Positions 27,483-40,385 of a DNA stretch of 64,000 bases are shown piece after piece. The position numbers and the translations under genes were made by a program. The number at the start of each line of letters is the position of its first letter. Positions within the stretch are counted from its first letter, which is position 1. The notes under the pieces are model-generated. The model ran no database searches. It was not told the DNA's origin and worked only from the letters and a program-made list of their open reading frames with translations. Source of the DNA: Eledone cirrhosa (taxonomy: Eukaryota); contig OZ024745.1 in the NCBI GenBank assembly GCA_964016885.1, positions 4,650,001-4,714,000 on the forward strand. The letters are read 5' to 3'.

Positions 27483-27564
27483 AAAAAGAGAGGGAGAGAC
27501 AGAAGAGTTGAGAGTATGAAGAAAAAAGTTGTAAAGACTAAAACATTACTTGATAGGGTAGTTT

Positions 27565-27947
<383 letters not shown>

Positions 27948-28200
27948 CATTATCATCATCGTTTAACGTCTATCTTCCACGCTAGCATGGGTTAGACGGG
28001 AATTCTCCCACTTGAGGCAAGATTGGTTGGGTGACCGTGTCTCACTCGTATAGGACTGTCTGGCAGGTTTTCTACGGCTGGATGCCCTTCCTAACACCAA
28101 CTACATTTACAGTGTGGAACTGGGAACTTTTTACCGTGTTACCTACACGGCCACATTACAGCGTGGACTGTGTGTTTTTTTGTCGTGACACCTACACGAT
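27948..28200 (-). mobile_element. RTE 3' UTR/tail fragment or RTE-dependent SINE
   Basis: (CAT)n tail, CTTCCACGCTAGCATGGGTTAGACGG and GGATGCCCTTCCTAAC, shared with the 29157 and 56590 elements. Confidence 0.8.
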
Positions 28201-28357
28201 CTCGATCTCATTATCTCATTTATTTGGATAATATACACATATATATATATATATATATATATATGTTCAGATGTGCATGTGTATATAAATATATGTATAT
28301 AATTATATACACATGTGCATATGAATAGATACATATATATATATACATGCACATTTG

Positions 28358-28470
<113 letters not shown>

Positions 28471-28551
28471 TTACAGTAAATCTTGATGCAATTCAGTTCA
28501 AGCACTCTACGTTACGTACTTTTTCCAAATAGAAATGACGGGGTATATTTA

Positions 28552-28626
28552 GCTGTCTGATGAGATCATGGAACTGGGTACGCGGAATTGTGTGGCCACT
28601 GTCGTCATTGAAATATGTATCACAGC
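28552..28626 (+). ncRNA. Type I hammerhead ribozyme (minimal stem III, long stem II)
   Basis: Stem I GCTGT/ACAGC; core CTGATGA 28557-63; imperfect long stem II; GAAA 28610-13; TATGTA; AUC cleavage triplet ending 28621. Confidence 0.75.
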
Positions 28627-29156
28627 CTTATCAATAAAGGACTTTAACATCTGAAACTACTTCGCATTTTCTTATTCTATATATGTATATATATTGAATA
28701 ATCTATGCCCATCTCTCTCTTACACATATATTTATAAATTGTTTCTGAAGTTGGACGGTAGAATAAGTGTATTTTGTTGGGCTGAGACCATCGAGTTGTA
28801 TAACTGCTATAGATTAGTCAGTATATCAAGTTTTTGTTTATTTTGCCCTCTGAAACGATCGTAAAATAATGGCTTTACTAATTACCAAACCCAGTTTTAT
28901 TTGTTTTCATTGTTCAACATTATATCTATATATATAATCACACTCTACTATCCCAAGTATTGAGTACTCTGTTGAATAATGGTCTTACTAGTTAAAAATT
29001 GGTAAAATTCTGATATCTCTCTCTCTGTCTCTCTGTCTTTCTCTCTCTCTCTTTATATATAGTCTACGGTACTGTGACTGAGGAGACCACTCATCATGGT
29101 GCCACAGTTGGGATTTTACATCTCTCTCTCTCTCCCTTTTTATATATATATATATA

Positions 29157-30490
29157 TCATCACCATCATCATTTAACATCCATCTTCCACGCTAGCATGG
29201 GTTAGACGGTTTTGTTCCATTTGATGCGGGATTGTTCGGAAGACCGTGTCTCGCTCGGCCGGAAGTGTCTCTGGCAGGTTTTCTACAGCCGGATGCCCTT
29301 CCTAACCCCAACCACATTTACAGTGTGGACTGGGAGCCTTTTTACCGTGTCTCTTACACGACCACCTTACAGTGTGGACTGGGTGCTTTTTGTTGTGTCA
29401 CCTACACGACCACTTTACAGTGGGAGGGAGTAGGGTGTCTGGGATGAGGTGTATATTGGGTTAAAAGGTGCCTACTGACTGTAGGTTTGTATGCAAGGGA
29501 AGGCGGGTCTTCTGTACGACTGCATGGCACCAAAGATGTCGATCCAGTGATATTGTCTTAGAGAGGTGTAAGTGAGCTAGGTCAGTTTTTATCACCTCAT
29601 CCCAGGTTTTTTTTGGTCTACTCACTCTGTAGCTTCCATCAATTTTAATTGCTCTGCACTTTTTTATACAGCTGTCGTCCTTCATATGCATCACATAGCC
29701 ATACCAACACAAATCTCCTCTCCAGAACACAACATTTGATGCCTCTTATGCTTAGTCCTCTCTCTCAATTCATTTATGCTTCGTCATTCGCACACATTAC
29801 TATTCCACATCTATCGGAGCATGCAAGCTTCATTTCTTTCTAATCTATGCATGTCTTCAGCACACAACGCCCAGGTTTCACTACCATGTAATATCACCGT
29901 TCGTATACAAGCATCATACAATCTGCCTTTCACTTTTAGAGAAAAAACCCCTTGTGACCAACAGTGGTATTAGCTCTCTGAACTTTTTTCATCCCGTTCT
30001 AACTCTGGCTACTGTACTTTCAGAGCACCCTCCCCCACTGCTGATTTTGTCACCCAGGTAACAGAAAGTGTCTACTATTTCTGTAAAACCATCTGGGCAG
30101 TAGAAGGAGCTAGTATCCTGTGGGCACTTGCTACTACTTATTGCACCTGAGCATCGGCCACATATAAAATCTACATTTTTAGATAGCTTACCTGTGATCT
30201 CACTACATCTTTTATGTACCCATAGTTTCCATTTGGGGCATAGAATGGAATTTCTACCTACTCCTTTCCTACACACTGAGCATGGCCATTTCCCAGAGGA
30301 CACCTGTGCCCTATTCTCCTTTCTACATACTAGAACTTTAGTCTTAGACAAGTTAACTCTAAGGCTTTTTGATTCTAGGCCATGCTTCCATGTTAGGAAT
30401 TTCTTCTCTAGTTCAGCCATCGATTCAGCTATGAGTGTTAGATCATCTGCATATAGAAGTTCCCATAGGCAGCCAGTCTTAAACCATTCT
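29157..30490 (-). mobile_element. 5'-truncated, frameshifted RTE LINE with ~300-bp 3' UTR
   Basis: LLYADDL RT motif, CSVC..CPKW..HKRC..CGRC Cys-rich insert and WYGYVMHM...RPKKTW, split over several frames; (CAT)n tail. Confidence 0.92.
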
Positions 30491-30833
30491 GAATGGCAAT
30501 AATAATATATGTATAATAAAATAATAATATAAGAACGAGTGGTTACTCCTTCATTACATTTATTGGTTGGTGAAGCACGTTTCACTGCTGATCAGCTTAC
30601 GGTTCGATCTGTATTGATCGGGTCTGACTCTGGAATCAAAAGCTTGTTGGACCTCTGTAGTAGTAATGACAGAATGAATATACATGGCATGCAAACAACC
30701 TACAGTAACTCCGCGTTTCACTCCCTGGATATATATATATGTATATGTATATACATATATATATATGTATATGTATATATATATATGTATATGTATATAT
30801 ATATATATGTATATGTATATACATATATATATA

Positions 30834-31329
30834 TGTAGCGAAATCTATCCACGCCTTGAACCTTGGGTGACACGTAAAGGTCAAACTCTAGGTCACCACT
30901 GTTTTGGTGTGAACAGGTTCATGCGTGGACTATCCCCTCGAGGTGGGAGACAGAAAGTGACAGGTATATAAAGCCTGTATATTCCCACTTTAGATACAGA
31001 GAGATTGGAGCACCACGATACAGACAAGCTATGTGAAAGATTCACCGCTACCTTCAGGCCGCAGAGGTCTACAGACCATTACTCTCTCTCTCTCTCAGTC
31101 ACAGACTACACCAGCCTCATGAACCAACAACCAAATAACATTGTCAACCTTCGCAACCTGTGGTAACTTGTTTATTGTTCTTTTTGACTGGAGTGAAGTA
31201 AACCTTTTTATATAAAGTTATAAAGTAAATATGCTATTCTTGTTAATCCATCTAATAACCACTAAAATGCCTTTCGTTAAATATATATATATATTTTTTT
31301 CACTATAATACACTCTGTCTAGCTCTACA
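30834..31329 (+). mobile_element. Possible solo LTR (~495 bp)
   Basis: Begins TGTAGC and ends GCTCTACA, with internal TATATAAA (~30965) and AGTAAA motifs. No TSD or PBS found. Confidence 0.4.
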
Positions 31330-31365
31330 CCTCGACACTGAAGTTAATCTAAACATTGAATGCTT

Positions 31366-32081
<716 letters not shown>

Positions 32082-32205
32082 GGAAAGTTATATTTAAATT
32101 GTTGTGTTACAACTAGTAAATATTTATAACTGATATAAAAGCACTCGACAAATATTTGGAGTATATTTACAATATTAAATAAATGGAAACTATATTTATA
32201 AAACC

Positions 32206-32282
32206 ATATTTATTTCATTATATATATTTCAGGGATAACATATTAACAATATGCTATGCCTTCCTCAGACAAAATACAATAT
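32206..32282 (-). ncRNA. Minimal type I hammerhead ribozyme (Penelope pLTR, left copy)
   Basis: Reverse complement of 36683-36759. One stem II pair is C-G here versus U-G in the right copy. Confidence 0.85.
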
Positions 32283-33665
32283 AAACAGTTTTATAGATAA
32301 ATAGATTCGACATACCGTAACAACATCTACTTGCATTTGAGAAGGTTGATTTGGTTGTGACAAAATTGTACACAGAGAGAAAGAAAGAGAGAGAGAAAGA
32401 AAGAGAGAAAAAGAGAGAAAAAGGAAAGAAAGACAGAAAACGAAGAAAAAGAAAAAGAAGAAATGCATGGAACAAAATAGAGAGATGGAAAGATAGATAA
32501 AGAGAAGAACTTCATGTAAAGAAACAGAAAGAGATATATATATAGAGAGAGAGGAAATAGAGATAGATACATATATAGAAAGCTAGGTAGTGGGACGACT
32601 GTTGAATAACGTATCAATGATACATTTATTTATTTATTTATTTATTTAGCTCTAGTATTAATGTAAGGGAAATATATGGAGGGAAAACCAGCTGTTATAT
32701 AGGGAGAGAAAAAATATAGAGAGAGAAAAAAAGAGAGAGAGAAAATTCAAAAACATCCAGACACAGGCGAGGCGTAACAACCTCTGTTTTAATGTAGAGG
32801 TATTAGTATTTACAAAACCAGCCTCTGCATTGCAAATATCAGTATTCCTGAATGAGATATGTATCCACATTGTGTGAAAATTAATGATCTTATGTTTAGT
32901 TTTTTAAAAAATTCATATGTTTATGTGATAATTACAAACATCTATGTGAATGTACATGATCAATTCTGCAAACCCTAAGTTCACGGAAAGTATTCTCAAT
33001 GCGGTATAAAAATTTAAGTATACATATATGTGTATATAGAGTCAATATTACTATTTCTGTCTCTACTCTACAAGATTATCTATCAAGCAAAGATAGAGCA
33101 GATTTCAATATACTAATAAAAATAAAAATAAAAATATATCGGAAACAAAACTAAACTAAAAATAACAATAATAATAATAAGTAATAATAAAATAGAAAAC
33201 TAAGAAATATTACGAAAGAATATTACATATTAAAAATATTACATATTAAAAAATTTACATATTAAAAATATTAAAAATAAAAATTAGGAAATACTACAGT
33301 AATAAAAATAAAATAAACCACAAAGATCAACCCTTCAAAATTAATTGACAATATATTGCCAAGTTCATTATAAACATCAGAGTCGAAAAACAGATAAAGC
33401 CAAAAATTATCTATCAAATCGCATCTAGCAAAGATCAATTCAAAAAGTATAGGATGCCCAATTTGGTCTACATGTGTTTTTATATTTAATATAGAAGTTT
33501 ATCTAGTGTAACGTTTATTCGAAATATTTGGAGCATCAACTTTTAGGATAGCTTAATTTTTCATGAAGAATGTTTAAATAAATAAAATTAAAATAAAAAG
33601 AGTAAAAAGAGAATCAAAGATTTATCGGCTAGTTTCCCATATAATTATAAATCAAACTAAATATA

Positions 33666-34648
33666 CTACATTTTAAATTTAAATTTATATTTAAACGTTG
33701 AGTTTAATCTATGTTTGCAACAACTGAATAAATTTGTCCGTAGATTAAGGGAATTTTTAGATTTTAGTATAAAGAATATCTCCTCTGCGCAGAGGTCACA
33801 TGTCTCAGAGGATGAATTAAAAGGAGTCCCCCTTGAGACTATATTCCAAGCCGTCGAATATCTAACGTTATCTAGCTTAAGTTGCCATAGTACGCCTGAT
33901 AGTGCCGTTGAAGATTTTTTACTTGGATCTGTGAAAGAATTCTTGTGGTTATTATAGCGAAGTTTAAATTCCGTCGATGTGGAACCGACGTAGTTAAAAG
34001 AATTAGAGTCAGTATTAACATTACAATTGTATACTATATTTTTAACTAAGCAGTTGTTATTTAACGGACATTTAGATCTATCTCTACAGTTACATTTGTT
34101 AACTTGTATATTATTTATGCTGTTATCACTAGGTTTTAAGTTCCTATTATTTATTCTATTGATATTTTGTGCTAAATTTTTGGTGGATGAGTAGGTTAAT
34201 TTAATTGTATGTCTATTGAAAATTGAGTGATATCTATGTGTTCTAGGGAAGCGATTATCAAGAGCTTTAAAAAATAGTTTAGCGATGTGGGTTTTAATGT
34301 TTAGTGAGAAGGGGGGGGGGGGGGCAAACCAAATTATGTTCCTAGTTCTATTTCTTTTTTGGCCTTTGGAATTATTGTAATGCTTTCTATTATAGTTGTT
34401 AAGGATGTTGCCGTAATTAAAAAAGTTGTTACTTTGTTTAGTTTGTCTATCATTATCTATGTACACAATCTTATCAGCATATCCTGCTCTAGCTAATGCT
34501 TCATTGTAGTATTGAGCTTTTTCGTCGAAAATCTTTCTATTCGACGAGATCCTAGAGATACGTTTTTGGACAGAGTTTACTATAGTGTTTTTGACAGATC
34601 TGGGGTGGTTAGAGTTAAAGTTTACATAGTTTAAGTTTTCATTCAACT
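33666..34648 (-). pseudogene. Penelope-like ORF C-terminal half: RT thumb, Cys-rich linker and GIY-YIG endonuclease
   Basis: YVNFNSNHP, IIWF.PPFS, CNCRDRSKCPLNNNC, NIVY...YVGST..FKLRYNNHKNSF, CDLCAEE...CKH. Open to the stop but lacks the N-terminus and RT core. Confidence 0.9.
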
Positions 34649-34989
34649 GATCCCATAGTAATGTCAAAATTGCTATCTCTATCTGCTCTGGTCCATAGTT
34701 GTTCATTAAATTCTATCAAAGTTTTCCTAGCCGATAATATAATATGCATTTCATTGCTAGTTAGGTCAGTATGTTTGAATGCGTAATTTAGTGCCTTATT
34801 TAGTAGATTAGGGGTAATAGAAGAATAATAGTTAGCTATATCAAGTTGAATAAACTTATTATTATTGTTATATTTAATTTGCTTAAACCACTCAACGACT
34901 TCTCCAGTTCCCTTCCACAAGCTCAGGTTAGATAAATAATCCAAGTTCTTAATTTGCTGTATCACCCCTGTCTTCACTATCCTTTTCAC
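34649..34989 (-). pseudogene. Penelope-like reverse transcriptase fragment
   Basis: LWKGTGEVVEWF..KFIQLDIANYYSSIT..FDITMGS, broken before the catalytic DD motif. Confidence 0.85.
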
Positions 34990-36682
34990 AAGTTGAATGA
35001 AAACTTAAACTATGTAAACTTTAACTCTAACCACCCCAGATCTGTCAAAAACACTATAGTAAACTCTGTCCAAAAACGTATCTCTTAAGCTAGATAACGT
35101 TAGATATTCGACGGCTTGGAATATAGTCTCAAGAGGGACTCCTTTTAATTCATCCTCTGAGACATGTGACCTCTGCGCAGAGGAGATATTCTTTATACTA
35201 AAATCTAAAAATTCCCTTAATCTACGGACAAATTTATTCAGTTGTTGCAAACATAGATTAAACTCAACGTTTAAATATAAATTTAAATTTAAAATGTAGT
35301 ATATTTAGTTTGATTTATAATTATATGGGAAACTAGCCGATAAATCTTTGATTCTCTTTTTACTCTTTTTATTTTAATTTTATTTATTTAAACATTCTTC
35401 ATGAAAAATTAAGCTATCCTAAAAGTTGATGCTCCAAATATTTCGAATAAACGTTACACTAGATAAACTTCTATATTAAATATAAAAACACATGTAGACC
35501 AAATTGGGCATCCTATACTTTTTGAATTGATCTTTGCTAGATGCGATTTGATAGATAATTTTTGGCTTTATCTGTTTTTCGACTCTGATGTTTATAATGA
35601 ACTTGGCAATATATTGTCAATTAATTTTGAAGGGTTGATCTTTGTGGTTTATTTTATTTTTATTACTGTAGTATTTCCTAATTTTTATTTTTAATATTTT
35701 TAATATGTAAATTTTTTAATATGTAATATTTTTAATATGTAATATTCTTTCGTAATATTTCTTAGTTTTCTATTTTATTATTACTTATTATTATTATTGT
35801 TATTTTTAGTTTAGTTTTGTTTCCGATATATTTTTATTTTTATTTTTATTAGTATATTGAAATCTGCTCTATCTTTGCTTGATAGATAATCTTGTAGAGT
35901 AGAGACAGAAATAGTAATATTGACTCTATATACACATATATGTATACTTAAATTTTTATACCGCATTGAGAATACTTTCCGTGAACTTAGGGTTTGCAGA
36001 ATTGATCATGTACATTCACATAGATGTTTGTAATTATCACATAAACATATGAATTTTTTAAAAAACTAAACATAAGATCATTAATTTTCACACAATGTGG
36101 ATACATATCTCATTCAGGAATACTGATATTTGCAATGCAGAGGCTGGTTTTGTAAATACTAATACCTCTACATTAAAACAGAGGTTGTTACGCCTCGCCT
36201 GTGTCTGGATGTTTTTGAATTTTCTCTCTCTCTTTTTTTCTCTCTCTATATTTTTTCTCTCCCTATATAACAGCTGGTTTTCCCTCCATATATTTCCCTT
36301 ACATTAATACTAGAGCTAAATAAATAAATAAATAAATAAATGTATCATTGATACGTTATTCAACAGTCGTCCCACTACCTAGCTTTCTATATATGTATCT
36401 ATCTCTATTTCCTCTCTCTCTATATATATATCTCTTTCTGTTTCTTTACATGAAGTTCTTCTCTTTATCTATCTTTCCATCTCTCTATTTTGTTCCATGC
36501 ATTTCTTCTTTTTCTTTTTCTTCGTTTTCTGTCTTTCTTTCCTTTTTCTCTCTTTTTCTCTCTTTCTTTCTCTCTCTCTTTCTTTCTCTCTGTGTACAAT
36601 TTTGTCACAACCAAATCAACCTTCTCAAATGCAAGTAGATGTTGTTACGGTATGTCGAATCTATTTATCTATAAAACTGTTT

Positions 36683-36759
36683 ATATTGTATTTTGTCTGA
36701 GGAAGGCATAGTATATTGTTAATATGTTATCCCTGAAATATATATAATGAAATAAATAT
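36683..36759 (+). ncRNA. Minimal type I hammerhead ribozyme (Penelope pLTR, right copy)
   Basis: Stem I TATTTTGT/ATGAAATA; CTGAGGA 36697-703; 14-bp stem II with one mismatch; GAAA 36735-38; palindromic TATATA; AUA cleavage after 36746. Confidence 0.85.
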
Positions 36760-36791
36760 GGTTTTATAAATATAGTTTCCATTTATTTAAT

Positions 36792-36820
<29 letters not shown>

Positions 36821-36823
<3 letters not shown>

Positions 36824-38232
36824 ATCATCATCATCATCATCATCATTTTACGTCCGCTTTTCCCTGCTTGCAAGGGTGGGACGGGTCTTATTCAGCACAG
36901 CATCTCTCCACTCGTCACGGTCCCTCGTCATCTCCACCGTGAGCTTCAATGATCTGAGGTCTGTTCTCACCACCTCCGCCCATGTTTTTCGTGGTCTACC
37001 TCTACCACGTCTTCCTTCAACTGGCATTTCCTGGCACTTCTTCACCCATCGGTCATCCTCCATGCGCATCACATGTCCATACCACCTCAGTCTCCTCTCC
37101 CGTACACTACATTCTATCCCTCTCAGACACAGTTTCTCTCTCAACACATTTATGCTGGGTCGTTCACGCACATTTACACTGCACATCCAACGGAGCATGC
37201 TTGCCTCATTTCTCTCCAGCCGTCGCATATCTTCTGCGGTAGCTGCCCATGTCTCACTACCATGCAGCATCGCGCTCCTCACACAGGCATCATACAACCG
37301 GCCTTTCGTACGCAGGGAGAAACCCTTCTTCGTCAACAGAGGAAGCAGCTCCCTAAACTTCTTCCAACCCGTCCTTATTCTAGATACTATGGCCTCGGAA
37401 CACCCTCCTCCCATGCTAATCTGATCTCCTAGGTACCGGAAGCTATCCACCACTTCTATAGCCCCCTCTCGCATTTGAAAAATGTGTCTATCAGTGCGAC
37501 TTCTACTGTCTAATTTCCCTGTACATCTACTGCATACATATTTCTCCCTACCTGTTAGTTTGCCTGCTATCCCGCTACATCTCTTGTGTACCCAGGACCT
37601 ACATTGTGTGCATTTTATAGAATTTATGCCAGTTCCTTTTCTGCATATCGAACATGGCCATTTCCCTGACGGAATCAGGGTTTTGTCCTCTTTTCTACTC
37701 ATCAACACTTTTGTCTTAGCTAGATTTACTCTCAGTCCTCTTGCTTCCAACTGCTGTTTCCATAGCCGGAATTTATTCTCTAGCTCCTCTACTGATTCTG
37801 CCATAAGAGCCAGATCGTCAGCATAGAGAAGTTCCCATGGACAGCCAGTCTTAAACTCCTCTGTTATGGCTTGGAGGACTATAATGAACAAGAGCGGGCT
37901 GAGGACCGAACCCTGATGTACTCCTACTTGTATCTGGAATTCCTCACTAAACTCCATTCCTACCCTGACTTTACTGAGAGTACCTCTGTACAAAGTTTGC
38001 ACTGTCCTTACAAGCCATTCCTCAACACCCAGCTTCCTTAGGGACCACCAGATGACAGATCGGGGTACCCTATCAAAGGCCTTCTCTAGGTCAACAAAGG
38101 CTAAGTATAGTGGCTTATTCTTCTCTAAGAACCTCTCTTGCATTTGTCTCACCAAGAAGAGGGCATCTGTTGTACTCTTCCCAGGCACAAAACCAAACTG
38201 CATCTCATCTAGTTTGACCCTTTCTCTAGTGA
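36821..38232 (-). mobile_element. Young 5'-truncated RTE LINE
   Basis: Uninterrupted ORF running straight into the (GAT)n tail, inserted next to (TA)n. Confidence 0.95.
36848..38203 (-). CDS. RTE reverse transcriptase, partial (451 aa, lacks APE endonuclease)
   Basis: QFGF..STTDA, FVDLEKAFD, GVHQGSVLSP, LLYADD, FRYLG, WYGHVMRM, RGRPRKTW, plus a PHD-like Cys/His insert. Confidence 0.93.
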   Translation of the reverse strand: MQFGFVPGKSTTDALFLVRQMQERFLEKNKPLYLAFVDLEKAFDRVPRSVIWWSLRKLGVEEWLVRTVQTLYRGTLSKVRVGMEFSEEFQIQVGVHQGSVLSPLLFIIVLQAITEEFKTGCPWELLYADDLALMAESVEELENKFRLWKQQLEARGLRVNLAKTKVLMSRKEDKTLIPSGKWPCSICRKGTGINSIKCTQCRSWVHKRCSGIAGKLTGREKYVCSRCTGKLDSRSRTDRHIFQMREGAIEVVDSFRYLGDQISMGGGCSEAIVSRIRTGWKKFRELLPLLTKKGFSLRTKGRLYDACVRSAMLHGSETWAATAEDMRRLERNEASMLRWMCSVNVRERPSINVLREKLCLRGIECSVRERRLRWYGHVMRMEDDRWVKKCQEMPVEGRRGRGRPRKTWAEVVRTDLRSLKLTVEMTRDRDEWRDAVLNKTRPTLASREKRT

Positions 38233-38839
38233 TTTAATTCAGTGATAATATTTTCGACATTTGCAAGGTAATGGACAAACACAAATTACACGCTGTAAAT
38301 TATATTCATAGATGCAACATAACATTATTTAAAAAGTTGTTTAATCTTCAGAGATATTAATAACAATAAAGACATTTTATAATGTAGTAAGAAGACTTAT
38401 CTCCAGATTCTTTTCATGTTATGATAACATGATAAATATTCTTTATTGTAAGTTTACTAAAATATTATCTTATGATACACAAAACCTGGATAATACCGGC
38501 TAATTTATCTTTGCAGCACATTAGAAAGGAGAGGAAGTGGAATAAATTGAATGTTTTACCATTATTTTTCTATTCTTTGTGCGGTTGATTGTCTTTGATC
38601 ACCAACTTTTGTTAGTGATCAATTCTATATGTACAGATCCTATTCTAAATCTACTTCATTGTAACCATGTTGCATTACTTCCGATGTAACTTAAGAAATA
38701 TCCCAGATATTGTTTTATTGGTTAATCAAGGAGTGGAGGGCAGCGCCGATGACCTTTTTTATGAGCCAACAAACCTGGTGAGAGGAAGTAAGAAAAGTTC
38801 CCTTAAACCAGATACCTAGTCTGAATTTTTGCAACACAT

Positions 38840-39082
38840 TAGACTTTGTGCTGGTTGTGCTGGTGGCATGACAAAAACACCCAGACCACCCTCACAGGTT
38901 CTTGGCTTTAAAGAAAGGCATTTGGCCATAGGAATTGTATGAACAAGACATGGTCACCTGACCTGTCTAGCCTGTCTAACCCATGCAAGCATGGACGTTC
39001 GACATTAAACAGTGATGATGATGATGGTGATGATGACGACTACAATGACAATGATGATAATGATGATGACAATAATGATGAT
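38840..39082 (+). mobile_element. Degenerate RTE-tail element
   Basis: GTCTAACCCATGCAAGCATGGAC..ATTAAAC followed by (GAT)n. Confidence 0.65.
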
Positions 39083-39374
39083 GAATGGATGAAGTCTGTA
39101 ATCCATGTAAACCACAGCAGGATTTGAACCCAGAACATAAAGTGTTGGAATATACCAAATCATCTTGTCTGAAATTTAACAATTGCACTAATGCACTGCC
39201 ACTGCACTGAACTAGTTCTCTAATTCATTGATTCCGAAAGGATGAAAATAAAAATTGATCTTGATGAGTTTTGAACTGAGAGTGCAAAGAGCCAGAACAA
39301 ATTGTGGCTTACACCAACAACTCTGTCAATTTACTGCCATTCTGGAAACTATACAGACCTGGTGTAGAAAATAT

Positions 39375-39727
39375 TGTTTTACTAGAAGACTACAGCAATA
39401 TAAATGGGACATTAAATGTTAAACAATATAATGATAACAAAGATGTTAAATGTTACCTTGGAGTTGTTTAGTGGTCCTTAATATTTCAGGATAAAATCCC
39501 TTTATCAAAAGAATAAGTGAAGCGACTGACAGCATAAGAATGACACAAGATATGCTGTGCTGAATTAGTTTCTTCGATGGTTGATTTTTTTTTTGATAAA
39601 GGGATTTTATCCTGAAATATTAATGACTATTAAACAACTCCAAGGTAACATTTCAACATCTTTGTTATCATTATATTGTTTAACATTTAATGTCCCATTT
39701 GTATTGATGTAGTCTTCTAGTAAAACA
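39375..39727. repeat. ~136-bp inverted repeat with 80-bp spacer (probable decayed Penelope pLTR pair)
   Basis: Arms 39375-39510 and 39591-39727; inner ends read TTGATAAAGGGATTTTATCCTGAAATAT. Confidence 0.85.
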
Positions 39728-40385
39728 CAGTATTAAACACAGATTTTATTTAGTTCAGTGTGTCAAGTATTTGACTACTTCTCTGCTCAATGAGACACCA
39801 ACCAATCAACCATTTAAATATTAAGTTTCATTCCAAATGGCTAAGGAAAGTAATGAAATCAAACAATAAAGTATTTTACTGCTAATAGTATAATATGATG
39901 AACATGATAGAATGGTGGAGAAATCTTTGAAAATTAAACTAATATAACATTGCAGACAGAAGGAAATAATGTAAAAATTAATGAAAAATTTTGTTTCTTT
40001 TTTTATATTCTCTCCATTGCTTCTAGCAATTATTACAATGGTATTCAATATAGAACATAATTAAATTTAAAATTCAATAAAACAGTTAATTTAAATTTTA
40101 AAAAAGTATAATTAATACTGAGGAAAAACAAATAACTTTATGTTTTCCAGAATCTTCCTTTTTTCTTTATTGTTTCTACTAGATGATATTATGACATTGT
40201 AAATTGATTTGATGTGATTTTGTTATTTTAAGATTAGCTTTCATATTATAATCTCACTGGAAGCCAACTATGATATTCATATTGTCTGTAGATTCTAGGA
40301 AGCTTTTAGCATTTAGTTTGAATATTCCAACCACCCAGCCCATGGAATGATCAACACATTTGACTTTAACACAGATCACTGGAGT

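Larger units (their letters stand above)
32082..36797. mobile_element. Penelope-like retroelement in inverted head-to-head configuration
   Basis: Arms 32168-34648 and 34991-36797 are near-identical reverse complements; the right arm lacks ~673 bp. Contains GIY-YIG and RT fragments and a hammerhead near each outer end. Both ends abut (TA)n. Confidence 0.93.

Noticed and set aside
30505-30730. Possible minus-strand hammerhead (CTGATCA..GAAACG; GAAACGCGGAGTT)
   Set aside because: The core is mutated and I could not build stems I and II. It may be a PLE remnant but is unsupported.
32168-36797. Large palindromes as assembly artefacts
   Set aside because: Arm-specific substitutions and deletions, unique spacers and (for 48.3-50.0 kb) a TSD argue for real structures. 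Read-level confirmation is still needed.
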